A stretch of 64,000 nt of DNA from Arenicellales bacterium (lineage in GTDB: Bacteria; Pseudomonadota; Gammaproteobacteria; Arenicellales; JAJDZL01). Shown in pieces: positions 1 to 10,296 of this stretch; the first letter of the stretch is position 1; each line of letters begins with the position of its first letter. Below the pieces are notes generated by a model. It saw only the letters and a program-made list of their open reading frames with translations, was not told where the DNA came from and made no database searches. The position numbers and the translations under genes are program-made. The stretch spans positions 58,913 through 122,912 of the forward strand of contig CBDBBP010000002.1 in the NCBI GenBank assembly GCA_965202855.1. The letters are read 5' to 3'.

Positions 1-1376
1 CGCATGCCTGACCCTCCATATGATCGGCAAATTGTCATATAGTTCGGTCGCATTGTTAAAGAAGGACGCAGTCTTGATGAATAACAGATTCCGCTGCCAT
101 CGGAATGGTAGTTGTACGTCGACAAGCCGAATGTTTGAACATCGTCAGGATTCCATGGCCGCAGACCACGTTCTGTTACCAAACGCTTATACATTTTCGC
201 GTCCACGGAACGTGCTTGATTGTTGTAGACGGTATAAGTAAACGTAGGCGCTATGATGCAAATTTTCGATTGAGGTTTTCCCAATTCAGTCCGTACATAA
301 AATGGAATATCCTCATAGGAATCTTCACATTCAATTCGCATCGAATACATTCCACTTCGAAAATCTGGTGGGATTTTGAATTCAAAATCTGTCTCCCAAT
401 TGCAGTCGTAAATGTCATCTTCGTGGAAGTGAATTGCCCCATATTCTGTCGGCGCATGCTTCCAACTCATTTCCTTTCCGCTCCAATTTGAACCTTTCAT
501 GCCCCTCGCTGGGCAATTGACTAAATTTCCATGCAATTGAAAAGGTCCTATATCTTCAATCGTCGGTGAGCTGATCGACTTTGAAAAATCCCAAGAGGCT
601 AAAACCGATTGGCTTTCGAGCAATTCACTTTTTTTGATGTCATCGGAATCTTCAGATTCATAATTCAAGATTCTGGGCTGCTCCAATTTCCCGTTGTAGA
701 ATCCCGAAACTTGTTTGCCTCCAGAACACGCGATGAGGATTCGATCAACATCTTGCAAGGATGACAAAAAATCACACGGATAATCGACCTGCCCCGAATC
801 ACAAACATCGAATTCTGGTTCGAGGGACTCTTGCGATAGGACAAGCCGACTCTCTTTTAAATCAGCAAGCAGTGCGATTTCATACCAAGAACGTTCCCGA
901 ATGCGAATTTTTGGTGAAATTTCACACTCATTTTCATCATCAAAAACATGAGCGGCAACTTGGCCATCTCTATTCAGGCACAATTCAAGAAGCCGATTTC
1001 CACTGCGGTCAATTAAACAAATCAATCCCTGATGACCAGACTCAATCAAAGTCGGCCAAATTCGTGCAGCGAGTAAAAAACGATTAGCAAGAGGTAACTT
1101 TCCTGATACTTGAACAATTCCGTAAGAACCTAACTGGACTTTTTTTAGTTTAGAAGGAAACTCACCTTGAAAGACATCGGAATGATCATGTTCAATCATT
1201 CCGCAACCATTCGGATTCGGATCAGCACAGGTTATACGTACCAATCTTGCGGAATATGGCTGCTTAAATCGACTGCTGACTTTAAACTCGATTGTTTCAC
1301 TGGGTGCAACCGACCAGCGATCAGCATATCCTACAATTGGGATCAACTTTGTTTCACCTTTTTTGATAAACATCAT
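1..1376 (-). CDS. N,N-dimethylformamidase large-subunit-like protein (N-terminal about 458 codons; C-terminus lies beyond the window start)
   Basis: Uninterrupted minus-strand frame from ATGATG (1376-1371) to the window edge. It is absent from the ORF track because it has no stop in the window. My translation is MMFIKKGETKLIPIVGYADRWSVAPSETIEF ... YGAIHFHEDDIYDCNWETDFEFKIPPDFRSGMYSMRIECEDSYEDIPFYV, which matches DmfA2-type proteins as I remember them. Confidence 0.65.
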   Translation of the reverse strand, partial: MMFIKKGETKLIPIVGYADRWSVAPSETIEFKVSSRFKQPYSARLVRITCADPNPNGCGMIEHDHSDVFQGEFPSKLKKVQLGSYGIVQVSGKLPLANRFLLAARIWPTLIESGHQGLICLIDRSGNRLLELCLNRDGQVAAHVFDDENECEISPKIRIRERSWYEIALLADLKESRLVLSQESLEPEFDVCDSGQVDYPCDFLSSLQDVDRILIACSGGKQVSGFYNGKLEQPRILNYESEDSDDIKKSELLESQSVLASWDFSKSISSPTIEDIGPFQLHGNLVNCPARGMKGSNWSGKEMSWKHAPTEYGAIHFHEDDIYDCNWETDFEFKIPPDFRSGMYSMRIECEDSYEDIPFYVRTELGKPQSKICIIAPTFTYTVYNNQARSVDAKMYKRLVTERGLRPWNPDDVQTFGLSTYNYHSDGSGICYSSRLRPSLTMRPNYMTICRSYGGSGM

Positions 1377-1464
1377 AAAACTTTGGTATTTTAATCCTTC
1401 GCTGTTGTAAATCGAGTGAGAAACGACAGATTGTTCGTCACCTAGGCCCAAAATTTTAGAAAAT

Positions 1465-2318
1465 TGGAGGCGGGATGATAAGCCTGCTTGTCAGAGATGC
1501 TATTCTGACAGAGTTACCATTCGCAAAATCCGCTACTCAACGCCATCTTGGTGTGGCAGTTGTCGCAGGTATTTCAGTGTCAAGACAAGAACTCCTGTGG
1601 AGGCATCCAATATCCCTTTGCAGAATTGGGCAATTGGAATATTCCGTTGCATAATGAATCTGAAAGGCGTATCAAGTATGAAGCTTCATCGGGGCCAGAA
1701 CATCGGTCAATCGGCTGCCAGTTTTATATTGCACAAGATCAGAGAAGTATTTTCGTTTCAGAATGACCTGTTATCCGAAAATGTTGAGGTGGACGGGGCA
1801 TTTGGGCGGGCTGGAGAAGAACAAGCACAGATCCAGGAAACTGAATGCGGGCAGAGGTGGAGTTGGAAAATCCATAGTTGTGGGAGCAAAGGAACGCAAT
1901 TCAACGAAAATCAGGGCACAGTTCATCGGTAATACAAAACAGAACACTCTGCACGGATTTTTTGATAATAATGTAGAACCCGGCTCAATCGTCAATACCG
2001 ATGACTTCAGCGGATTTAAGGGTCTATATGATTATCAGCATCAGTTTGTAAGGCGTTCTGTTGGCGAGTATGTGAACGAAATGGCACATATAAATGGGAT
2101 TGAGAGATTTTAGGTCAATGCTTAAGAGACCGCACAAAGGAACATGCCATAAAATCAGCAAAACGCATTTGGGCCGTTATGTGAATAAATTTGTGGTGCA
2201 ACATAATATTCGTGAGGAGGATACCATTAGACAGATGGAGATAATTGTTGTTGGAATGGCTGGCAGATGAATTATGTATAAGGACCTGGCATCCGAGATT
2301 GATGGCAGGTTGAATTAG
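1465..2318 (+). pseudogene. IS1595-family (ISXO2-like) transposase remnant: no start codon, at least two frameshifts and an internal stop
   Basis: Three frames together give CQRCYS..CGSCRRYFSVKTRTPVEASNIPLQNWAIGIF..LKGVSSMKL, then VEVDGAFG / GGLEKNKHRSRKLNAGRGGVGKSIVVGAKER..TLHGFFDNNVEPGSIVNTDDFSGFKGL..HQFV..GEYV..AHINGIERF, then SMLKRPHKGTCHKISKTHLGRYVNKFVVQHNIREEDT. This is the typical IS1595 zinc-ribbon plus DDE layout. Confidence 0.6.
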
Positions 2319-2375
2319 TGTACAAAATTAAATGAATGGCTGATATGGATCGTTCACAGCAAGGAGAAGGAGTTG

Positions 2376-2765
2376 ATGGACAGTGAATCGGATGATCTGA
2401 TCTTCTACACGCAATATGGCAATAATTGCGTCAAGGGGTATTTCAAAGTCCTGACAAAGCCTGAGGAGAATAGCGATTCCAGCGTGGTCTGGACAGCCAG
2501 AATGAATGTTGCGGGAAAGGAACTCGGCGAATTGAGGGCACAGTACTATCTGGACACAGCCGACGATGATGCTCGCCGCATCTTCGGGACGTTGATGGAA
2601 TGCAGGGCCGGAGACAGGGTGTATCTGGAAGGGGTTATTTGGAAGAAGAAATTTCTGATCGTGGACGACATCGCATCCGATAACCCGTACGATACGGCGA
2701 CGCGGGAGTATCCCGCTGATCCAGAATACTGGAAAGTATATCCGAAGCCGATTCCTCCCCAATAG
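2376..2765 (+). CDS. hypothetical protein (129 aa), GC-richer than its surroundings
   Basis: ATG at 2376 is preceded by AGGAGAAGGAG. Acidic, plausible composition. The 191-aa minus-strand ORF covering it looks like a shadow frame. Confidence 0.5.
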   Translation: MDSESDDLIFYTQYGNNCVKGYFKVLTKPEENSDSSVVWTARMNVAGKELGELRAQYYLDTADDDARRIFGTLMECRAGDRVYLEGVIWKKKFLIVDDIASDNPYDTATREYPADPEYWKVYPKPIPPQ

Positions 2766-2850
2766 AGTTTTATGGTTCGCGGTACCGATAGTCATGAGTT
2801 TTTCAGGGAAATTAACGAAAAGGGGTATAGGTTTGTCCGGCGTCGCTTGA

Positions 2851-3018
2851 GGAAAGAAGGCCTTGAATCTGACCGTGTCTTTTTTTATAAGCCGCCTGGA
2901 CATTCCAAACCAGCCAATTGATCAAATTTATCTTGAGCCACCATTCAATTCAAAGCGGCTCTACAGTGTATTTGCAGGAAATACCGAATCGCTATGTGAG
3001 AATGGCATTGATTGGTGA
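2851..3018 (+). pseudogene. N-terminal fragment of an N4/N6 DNA methyltransferase
   Basis: The frame reads ...RLDIPNQPIDQIYLEPPFNSKRLYSVF... It resembles the (D/E)PP(Y/F) motif IV block of methylases (DLIYLDPPFNS). It has no start, is bounded by stops and is only about 55 codons long. Confidence 0.35.
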
Positions 3019-3440
3019 AGCAATAAAATGAACTCTGTAGAAAAAAAGAAAACAGTGCGTGACAAATTATCGTGAGACAACGATATTCCAGATGACTTAC
3101 TTTTTGAAACGGGAATGTTTGCCAAGGTTTTTATGAAGCTTCCGCCAATCGGTCAGAAAGAACTAAAATGAATATCTTATTGTTTTAATAAATGTAATTC
3201 ATTATTCCTGATTGATGTTTCTACGAAACTAGGAATACTTTCACACTCTGGCCGAAGTTTGCAACCTCGCTGTGACCTATCCGACTTCGTTCGGCGGATA
3301 GTGTTTGTAGGGCGTGAAGGGTACCCTTGAGAAAATCTGCCAGTTGTTGATGGGTGCGGTTTAACTCGACTTTAGAACTGTCTGTCGAAAAATTCCGACA
3401 ATAAACAGTTCAATGGCTACGAATTTATTGGGAGTACAAC

Positions 3441-3471
3441 ACCAAAAAGAAGGAAGGTTTGAAGCCTTCCT
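3441..3471 (-). terminator. Rho-independent terminator candidate downstream of the DUF1640-like gene
   Basis: Minus strand reads AGGAAGG-CTTCAAA-CCTTCCT followed by TCTTTTTGG. It lies 30 nt after the stop at 3502. Confidence 0.45.
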
Positions 3472-3501
3472 AATCGTATGTTCAACGGACAAGTTTGGCC
3501 G

Positions 3502-3741
3502 TTACTGCAACAGTACGATGACCGCACTAAGGATCGCAAGAGACAGTACGAGATTCGCACCAACAACCCACTTGATCCAAACAATGTTGGTACTCAGCTT
3601 AGTCCCCAAATGATCAAAGTCAGACTTCAGTAGGGTGATGTCCTGCTTGGTTGCTAGATCTCCCTGCCTCTGCTCGACTGCCAACGCGATTGCTTCGGCA
3701 TGTCTCGCCTCGGTCCCTGCGTCCTGTAGATCTTTTGACAC
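3502..3741 (-). CDS. DUF1640-like small protein (coiled-coil head, C-terminal TM anchor)
   Basis: 79 aa: ..AGTEARHAEAIALAVEQRQGDLATKQDI..L...., ending in a hydrophobic tail. It is a paralogue of the gene at 16248-16473. GTG start. Confidence 0.55.
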   Translation of the reverse strand: MSKDLQDAGTEARHAEAIALAVEQRQGDLATKQDITLLKSDFDHLGTKLSTNIVWIKWVVGANLVLSLAILSAVIVLLQ

Positions 3742-4121
3742 AGTCAGTGTTCAAGCGCCGCATTAGCCATGGTTTTCTCCGATTGTGTTGTTAGAGGATA
3801 CTTCCCCCTCTCTGGGAACAAATATCCGCTAAAGGGTGGTTAAATGTTGCAGGCGGTTTTCCACCTAGTTGTTGATCAGGCCTGACGGCATGTTATAAGC
3901 CTAAGTCTGCCACCGCATACCTATGGCCGGTTGGACACTCGTGCGTTCAACGGCGATTGCACCTTTTAGCGTACAAAATTTTCGCAGATTGCCAATCGCT
4001 TTGCAAATAGAACGCTCAGGTCGGAAATTAGAATTTACAGATTATAGCCGGGAGTAGTAGACCCGACTTTGCGAGGAATACATTGCTTTTAACCCGTCAC
4101 GAGCGACTCAATTCAGCTACT

Positions 4122-4720
4122 TCAAGTTAACAAGCCATTTCCCCACGTCTCTTTATTGCTCGATTTCCGAAGTTTTGAATACTTTGCAGCATTGAGTTCA
4201 CGAAAAAAATTTAGCCCCGTTACCTCCTCGATTCCGGCGAAATTCACTAAACTAGCTGACCTTCTGCGCTTGAGCCAACTCGACGCTTGCGGTGGTATTA
4301 CCGGTCCTGTGTCGGCTATAGCACTTCTTGGTGATAAAGCAATGACTGTGGAGCCTTTCTCAAACTCCATTCCACATGGTAGGCGAGCATACAGATGAAA
4401 AGATGTGTGTACATGCTCTTCGGTATGGCGGCGAAACAGTCTAATTTGAAATTCCAAATTTATAAAGGTTCAGATGGTACGTTACACTTTTCCTAGATTG
4501 TTGTAGCTATTAACGAGTTGTTCGGAGAAAGCTGCTTGTAGTCTTGTTTTGTACGTAAAATTTAGAATGCAAACGGGGGCTTTCCCCCTTTCGATGGAGT
4601 GCAAGTTTTGTTGAAATCCGAAGAAACCGCGCTTCCAAGTCATCGCTGACAGTTGCATCTCGGCGTAGGTGTCAGCGATTTCGGTCGGTTTTGAATCGGG
4701 TAAAAGAAAAACTTACTTCC
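4122..4720 (-). pseudogene. IS4/IS1634-like transposase C-terminal remnant, copy A (frameshifted)
   Basis: Fragments EFQIRLFRRHTEEHVHT and HLFICMLAYHVEWSLRK in two frames resemble the conserved (D/E)L.IRP..H....R..AH.F...LAY.....L tail of IS4-superfamily transposases. Confidence 0.4.
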
Positions 4721-5693
4721 CATAAGAAAGCGACCACTGTTCCGCATCGGCACTTTTCAATACAGCTAACTTGAATTCAGGAAATCCAAGAAATGCTAGT
4801 TCCAGGATTAAAGCAGCGGATGCCAATCTCATCAGTTCCGGGCAATTAAGTTAGATTTATGTTTATTCTGAACAACAGATTTATTGCGGATTTTGGCAGT
4901 TAGATGGAATATACAACTGATAAATTCTTCGACTCGGAACATCAACAACCTCAAAACTGGAAGAATCTAAAGGATTACTTTCGAGACCTGGATCATGAGT
5001 TCAGTTTAAATCCTCCTCCAAGACAATTCGTTGGTGGTTTCGGAAATCTCAATTTTCTGATTCATCTTAATGGAGAACGTTTCGTACTACGAAGACCTCC
5101 TCTGGGGCCCTTGCCACCCGGAACCAATGATATGGGCCGCGAATTTCGCGTCACTTCAAGATTATGGAAAAAGTTTCCGCTGGCGCCAAAAGCCATATTG
5201 TTTTGCGATGATAAATCCATATTAGGTGCACCATTTTTGGTGATGCAGTATCGACCCGGCGTCGTAATTCATAAAGAGCTTCCCGAATTTCTTCACGATC
5301 AAACTTGGCAGCTTTCCAAAATAGTGATCGATGTTCTTGCGTCATTTCAAGCTGTAGACTTCGAAGCGGTAGGACTGAATAACCTAGGAAAACCAGATGG
5401 ATTCTTGGAAAGAGCTGTGAAAGGTTGGGTGAAGCGTTTTTATGTAGCGTCCGAAGATGTCTATCCAGATCACAACTACCCGATTGCTGCAAAAATTTTG
5501 ATTGACTGGCTTGCCAAGCAACCTGTGCCGTACTCAAAACCCACTTTACTTCACAACGATTTCAAGCTAAACAACATCGTTCTGAGCACTAAAGACTGCA
5601 TCACCTCCATTGCGTTGTTGGACTGGGACATGTGCACTCGTGGTGATCCATTGTTCGATTTTGCGACTTTGTTAAGTTACTGGGTGGAACCGG
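4265..5693 (+). repeat. Segmental duplication, copy A (IS remnant + promoter region + first 790 nt of the kinase gene)
   Basis: Aligns by eye with 6776-8207. The offset is exactly 2514 nt across the coding part. Identity is high in the kinase part and lower in the IS-remnant part. Confidence 0.9.
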
Positions 5694-5710
5694 ATTATTC
5701 AAGTGTCTAA
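4904..5710 (+). pseudogene. 3'-truncated copy of the APH-family phosphotransferase gene
   Basis: The first 263 codons are collinear with 7418-8497. Homology stops at 5693, after which 5 unrelated codons and a stop follow. The C-terminal about 95 residues of the full copy are missing. Confidence 0.7.
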
Positions 5711-5845
5711 GCTCTGTTAATCGTGCCACATTTTATTGGGACAAATATTACAAGCAGTGGTTAATGCTTGTCACCATGAATTTCAATTTCAGATGCGTGC
5801 TCCCTTCTGTGCTGATGAAGCTATTAACAAAGCGAACTGATTACA

Positions 5846-6270
5846 TTGGTTGCGGTTGTGAATAACTGCTGTCCGAAGCTACCTTTACTCCTTTGGAAAA
5901 CTCAATATGGTACACTTTACACGAATAACAGAAAGCAGCTACATGCCAGGTTCTTCGAATCGCAAAACGGGCGGACACCAGTTCGTGAATGGTTGCTCGA
6001 CTTAACGCAGGATGAGCGAAAACTAATAGGGGACAATATCCGCGCAGCAGAATTTGGGGGCCTGTCGGGATGCCCCTTTGTCGAGCGATTAAAAATTACA
6101 AAGGTTTGTGGGAAATTAGAACAAATCTGTCAAATAAGAAGATCGCCCTTGCTCTATTTTGTTCTCACGGAGGCGAGATGATTCTTCTTCATGGCTTCAT
6201 CAAAATGACACAGAAGACACCTAAGTCTGAACTTGACACAGCAATGAAGAGAATGAGAGGTTTGGCATGA
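5846..6270 (+). pseudogene. RelE/HigB-type (Gp49/DUF891-like) toxin inactivated by a 1-nt frameshift
   Basis: Frame 2 gives FFESQNGRTPVREWLLDLTQDERKLIGDNIRAAEFG. Frame 1 continues (W)GPVGMPLCRAIKNYKGLWEIRTNLSNKKIALALFCSHGGEMILLHGFIKMTQKTPKSEL. The junction is at the G-run near 6058-6063. Confidence 0.6.
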
Positions 6271-6560
6271 CGAATGATATCGAAAGAGGACATCCTGGTC
6301 AGTTATTTGAAGACTTTCTCAAAGAGCAAGATACTTATGAGGACACCACCGAACAAGCCGTGAAGCGTGTGTTGGCTTTCCAGCTCTCAGAGCAAATGAA
6401 ATATCAGGGCCTATCCAAGGTAGAAATGGCTCGGCGTCTTTGTACAAGCCGGTCGCAACTTGATAACCTGCTTGACCCCGAAAATGACGGCGTTACAATT
6501 GGTGTCTTGAACCGGGCTGCGAAGGCGGTTGGTCGTCGCCTCCGGCTCGAACTCACGTGA
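6267..6560 (+). CDS. XRE-family HTH antitoxin (HigA-like)
   Basis: 97 aa with a 4-nt overlap with the toxin frame. HTH block LSKVEMARRLCTSRSQLDNLL. Confidence 0.7.
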   Translation: MTNDIERGHPGQLFEDFLKEQDTYEDTTEQAVKRVLAFQLSEQMKYQGLSKVEMARRLCTSRSQLDNLLDPENDGVTIGVLNRAAKAVGRRLRLELT

Positions 6561-6747
6561 ATAACCAAAGCAGTGAACTATCAAGTTTACGAACTCTATT
6601 CTGCGTCTAACGCCCTAAAGCAGCGTCTAAATTGTAACCCAACAATAAAATGGAGAGGATATCGTAAGTCGTGGTGTGATGGGACATTGACCCCGCCATT
6701 CTGATTCCAAATTGTCCATCAAGGTAGAGAAACTCTAAAGTGTCGGT

Positions 6748-7230
6748 CTATCTTAATTTGTAGTTTAAATTCTTTTGCGCTTGAGCGAACTCTACGCTTA
6801 CGATTGATTTACCGGATTCTGCGTCCGCCACAGCATTTCTTGGTGAAAAAGCATCTAACTGCAGAACCTTTCTCAAACGCCATTCTAAATAATCAGCGAG
6901 CATTCGGATGAAAAGATGTGTGTGCACTTGATCTTGGGTGTTGTGGCGAAGCAGTCGAATTTGAAAGTCCACACTTTTCAAGGTTTAGATGGCGCGTTAC
7001 ACCCTTGCTAAATTGTGGTAGCTATGAATGACTTGTTCAGAGAGAGCTGCTTGTAGTCTTGGTTTGAACGTAAAATTTAGAATGCAAATGGAGGCTTTTC
7101 TCTTTCGATGAAGTGCAAGTTGCGTTGAAACTCGAAGAGACCGCGCTTCCACGTCATCGCTGACAGTTGTATCTCGGCGTAAGTATCAGCCGTTTCGGTC
7201 AGTTTTGAATTGGGTAATAGAAAAACTTAC
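6748..7230 (-). pseudogene. IS4/IS1634-like transposase C-terminal remnant, copy B
   Basis: SYHNLARV(stop)RAI..LKSVDFQIRLLRHNTQDQVHTHLFIRMLADYLEWRLRKVL. Same tail motif as copy A but better preserved. Confidence 0.45.
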
Positions 7231-8207
7231 TTCCCATAAGAAAGCGACCACTGTTCCGCATCGGCACTTTTCAATACAGCCAACTTGAATTAAAGACATC
7301 CAAGAAATGCTAGTTCCAGAATTAAAGCAGCGGATGCCAAACTCATCAGTTCGGGGCAATTAAGTTAGAATTATGTTTGTTTTGAACAACAGATTTATTT
7401 CGGATTTTGGAAGTTAGATGGAATATACAACTGATAAATTTTTCGACTCGGAACATCAACAACCTCAAAACTGGAAGAATCTAAAGGATTACTTTCGAAA
7501 TTTGGGTCATGAGTTCAGTTTAAAACCTCCTCCTAGACAATTCGTTGGTGGGTTTGGAAATCTCAATTTTCTGATTCATCTTAATGGAGAACGTTTCGTA
7601 CTACGAAGACCTCCTCTGGGGCCCTTGCCACCCGGAGCTAATGATATGGGCCGCGAATTTCGCGTCACTTCAAGATTATGGAAAAAGTTTCCGCTGGCAC
7701 CAAAAGCCATATTGTTTTGCGATGATAAATCCATATTAGGTGCACCATTTTTGGTGATGCAGTATCGACCCGGCGCTGTAATTCATAAAGAGCTTCCCGA
7801 ATTTCTTCACGATCAAACTTGGCAGCTTTCCAAAATGGTGATCGATGTTCTTGCGTCATTTCAAGCTGTAGACTCCGAAGCGGTAGGACTGAATAACCTA
7901 GGAAAACCAGATGGATTCTTGGAAAGAGCTGTGAAAGGTTGGGTGAAGCGTTTTTATGTAGCGTCCGAAGATGTCTATCCAGATCACAACTACCCGACTG
8001 CTGCAAAAACTTTGATTGACTGGCTTGCCAAGCAACCTGTGCCGTACTCAAAACCCACTTTACTTCACAACGATTTCAAGCTAAACAACATCGTTCTGAG
8101 CACTGAAGACTACATCACTCCCATTGCATTGTTGGACTGGGACATGTGCACTCGTGGTGATCCATTATTCGATTTTGCGACTTTGTTAAGTTACTGGGTG
8201 GAACCGG
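6776..8207 (+). repeat. Segmental duplication, copy B
   Basis: See copy A (4265-5693). Confidence 0.9.
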
Positions 8208-8497
8208 CCGATCCACCTGCACTCAATGTTGTCGGTCAAATGCCTACTTCAACAACACCCGGCTGGATGAATCGTCAACAAATTTCCGAATACTACGCAA
8301 AGGTAAGCAACCAGGATCTCTCAAATATTCACTACTATCGAATTTTGACAGCATTCAAGCATTGTGTAATTTTTATGCAGATATACGCAAGATTTTGTCG
8401 CGGTACGACTACAGATCCTAGAATCGCAGAGCTAGGTCCTGCGTTAGATTGCTTGTTTGAATTCACTCATGACCTGATGCGAGGAGAATACTTTTGA
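7418..8497 (+). CDS. Phosphotransferase, APH / ACAD10-11 N-terminal kinase-like family
   Basis: 359 aa. Has FVLRRPP, the catalytic-loop-like HNDFKLNN and LLDWDMCTRGDPLFD (DxD metal site). Confidence 0.8.
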   Translation: MEYTTDKFFDSEHQQPQNWKNLKDYFRNLGHEFSLKPPPRQFVGGFGNLNFLIHLNGERFVLRRPPLGPLPPGANDMGREFRVTSRLWKKFPLAPKAILFCDDKSILGAPFLVMQYRPGAVIHKELPEFLHDQTWQLSKMVIDVLASFQAVDSEAVGLNNLGKPDGFLERAVKGWVKRFYVASEDVYPDHNYPTAAKTLIDWLAKQPVPYSKPTLLHNDFKLNNIVLSTEDYITPIALLDWDMCTRGDPLFDFATLLSYWVEPADPPALNVVGQMPTSTTPGWMNRQQISEYYAKVSNQDLSNIHYYRILTAFKHCVIFMQIYARFCRGTTTDPRIAELGPALDCLFEFTHDLMRGEYF

Positions 8498-9257
8498 ATC
8501 CTACACTTCACAATTCCAAGTAACCGAAACAAGATAGTCAGATTCAAAGAGACTTCATGAAAGTCGAATCGTTGTAACTTCGGAATTTGTGAACTCCTAA
8601 AGTAAAAGTAATGCCGAATAATGTCAGTACATCAAGAAAATTGGAATACAGAAGAGCAAAGACTCTTTGGAACGCAATCAGTTCAGCTAATCTAGTTGAT
8701 TTCAATAAATAATTTTCACTCACTCTTCGGTAAATTGCACTAGTCGAAGTCTGACACTACCAGTTCAAATTTGAAGAAAGAGCGACGTCATCAAAACCTT
8801 TAGTTTCTAATGTTTGCCAACTTCGCGTGATTAGAATCAACTTTGTTTTGTCCACCAAAATTGAATGTCATCACTTAAAAATTCAATTTGAAAATTTACT
8901 TTATTCCATTAGCCAATAAACGAAATGTCAATTCGGTAAAGGACTGGCACCAAGTCGCAATAGTGAATAAAAACGACCCGACTAATCGAGGAAAAATTCT
9001 AGATGTCGCTAGCCTTCGAAGAATATGCAATCGTTGAGAATGATAAATTTAACGAAAATTCGCTGACAGTTTTTGACTCCAGAACCGGCTCGTTTGCAGA
9101 TTTCGAGCTGTTGATCGATTGAAAAGACGTGTAAATCCCATCACTAGATCGGCGTGCTAAATCGCACGCTTATAACACTAGTGCAGTACGTACTCGACTT
9201 TAAAGCGATTATGAGGTCAATGTACTAAGCCGGTTTCTGCGAGAATTCTTGACTAAA

Positions 9258-10247
9258 CTAAGTTGCTAAGCTAACCTGCATGCGGTCTAATAGTTGTGGA
9301 TGTTTTCGAACCGCCTCAAATAGTTCCCCAATTGTCATCGCATTATTTTTATCTTTTTTCTTTGTAGAGAAATAATCTCCCCCGGTTTGGAGGTCGAAAT
9401 GCGACCACGTCAAATTCCCGTCCTTATTTTCATCAATGCCGATGATGAGCTCATTCTCGAAATAATATATCCACCATTCTGAATTGTCCACTGATACAGG
9501 ACTAATTTCGAAGTCACCTTCAGCGAATCGGGTGAACGCAGCATATTTCACAAATGCATACACACTATTGGCGGAGACATTGAGCGTTTTTAAAATTTTA
9601 GTTAATAACTCGTAACCAAAGTGCTCTTTTGATTTGTCCACAATGACTTCTGGATTTAAAAGAAATTGATCAATTTCTTGAGATTCTAAATTTACGAAAA
9701 TCATGGCAAACGGCGTACACCGCTTAAACAGCACCCAAATATTTAATTTTTCGCTTTCGATTTGCTTCAAGAACAATTCTGCTGTTTCTCGATTGGTAAG
9801 ACAGTATTTGTATTCAGAACGACTGCAGTATTCAACTGCATTTAACATTTTCAGAAGAAAAGGAAAAGTGACAACCTCTTTAAGTCTGAAATCATTACCG
9901 AGTTCTATACATTTTGGGGATAAACATTTTCCCGCCTCCGGTTCAACACTCTTTATAGCTGCGAAGAAGCTATTCGCCTCGATTTGCGCTTCATTAAAGG
10001 AAATATTGCAACTTTTTAAGACTCGATTCGCACTAACTCTCACGTCGTAATTTATATGATTTCTGTGTTTGAACGCGTCTCGAATTCCCTTTATCGACCT
10101 ACAAATATCGGAGTCACTTAGCTCAGGATTCGTATTTCGACTTTCTTGGATGAGCCTTTCAAAGTCATCGACATCAAAAATAAAATCTTGGGCAGATTCA
10201 ATAAACTTCATTAAGCGCCTGAGCTGCAAAGTACAATTCTTATTCAC
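9258..10247 (-). CDS. hypothetical protein, paralogue A (329 aa)
   Basis: Long ORF in low-GC DNA, alignable end to end with 10757-11794. Confidence 0.7.
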   Translation of the reverse strand: MNKNCTLQLRRLMKFIESAQDFIFDVDDFERLIQESRNTNPELSDSDICRSIKGIRDAFKHRNHINYDVRVSANRVLKSCNISFNEAQIEANSFFAAIKSVEPEAGKCLSPKCIELGNDFRLKEVVTFPFLLKMLNAVEYCSRSEYKYCLTNRETAELFLKQIESEKLNIWVLFKRCTPFAMIFVNLESQEIDQFLLNPEVIVDKSKEHFGYELLTKILKTLNVSANSVYAFVKYAAFTRFAEGDFEISPVSVDNSEWWIYYFENELIIGIDENKDGNLTWSHFDLQTGGDYFSTKKKDKNNAMTIGELFEAVRKHPQLLDRMQVSLAT

Positions 10248-10296
10248 TTTCTTACCTTTGCAGATGTTTCAATTCGTAGCATAGTTCAAAGAAATT

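Noticed and set aside
2328-2903. 191-aa minus-strand ORF
   Set aside because: Arg-, Pro- and Ile-rich, non-protein-like composition. It is antisense to a plus-strand ORF that has a strong ribosome-binding site, and it spans the methylase scrap. Judged a shadow frame.
3230-4120. Integron cassette structure (attC sites) around the DUF1640-like genes, which are common integron cargo
   Set aside because: No IntI integrase is present in the window. The local inverted repeats (for example CTATCCG...CGGATAG near 3278-3302, GTTATAAGCCTAAG near 3893) do not form a convincing R''-L''...L'-R' attC pair, and the second copy (16.2 kb) has no comparable flank.
5151-5537. 128-aa antisense ORFs inside both kinase copies (also 7665-8051)
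   Set aside because: They are conserved only because they lie inside the duplicated kinase gene. There is no start context and no family resemblance.
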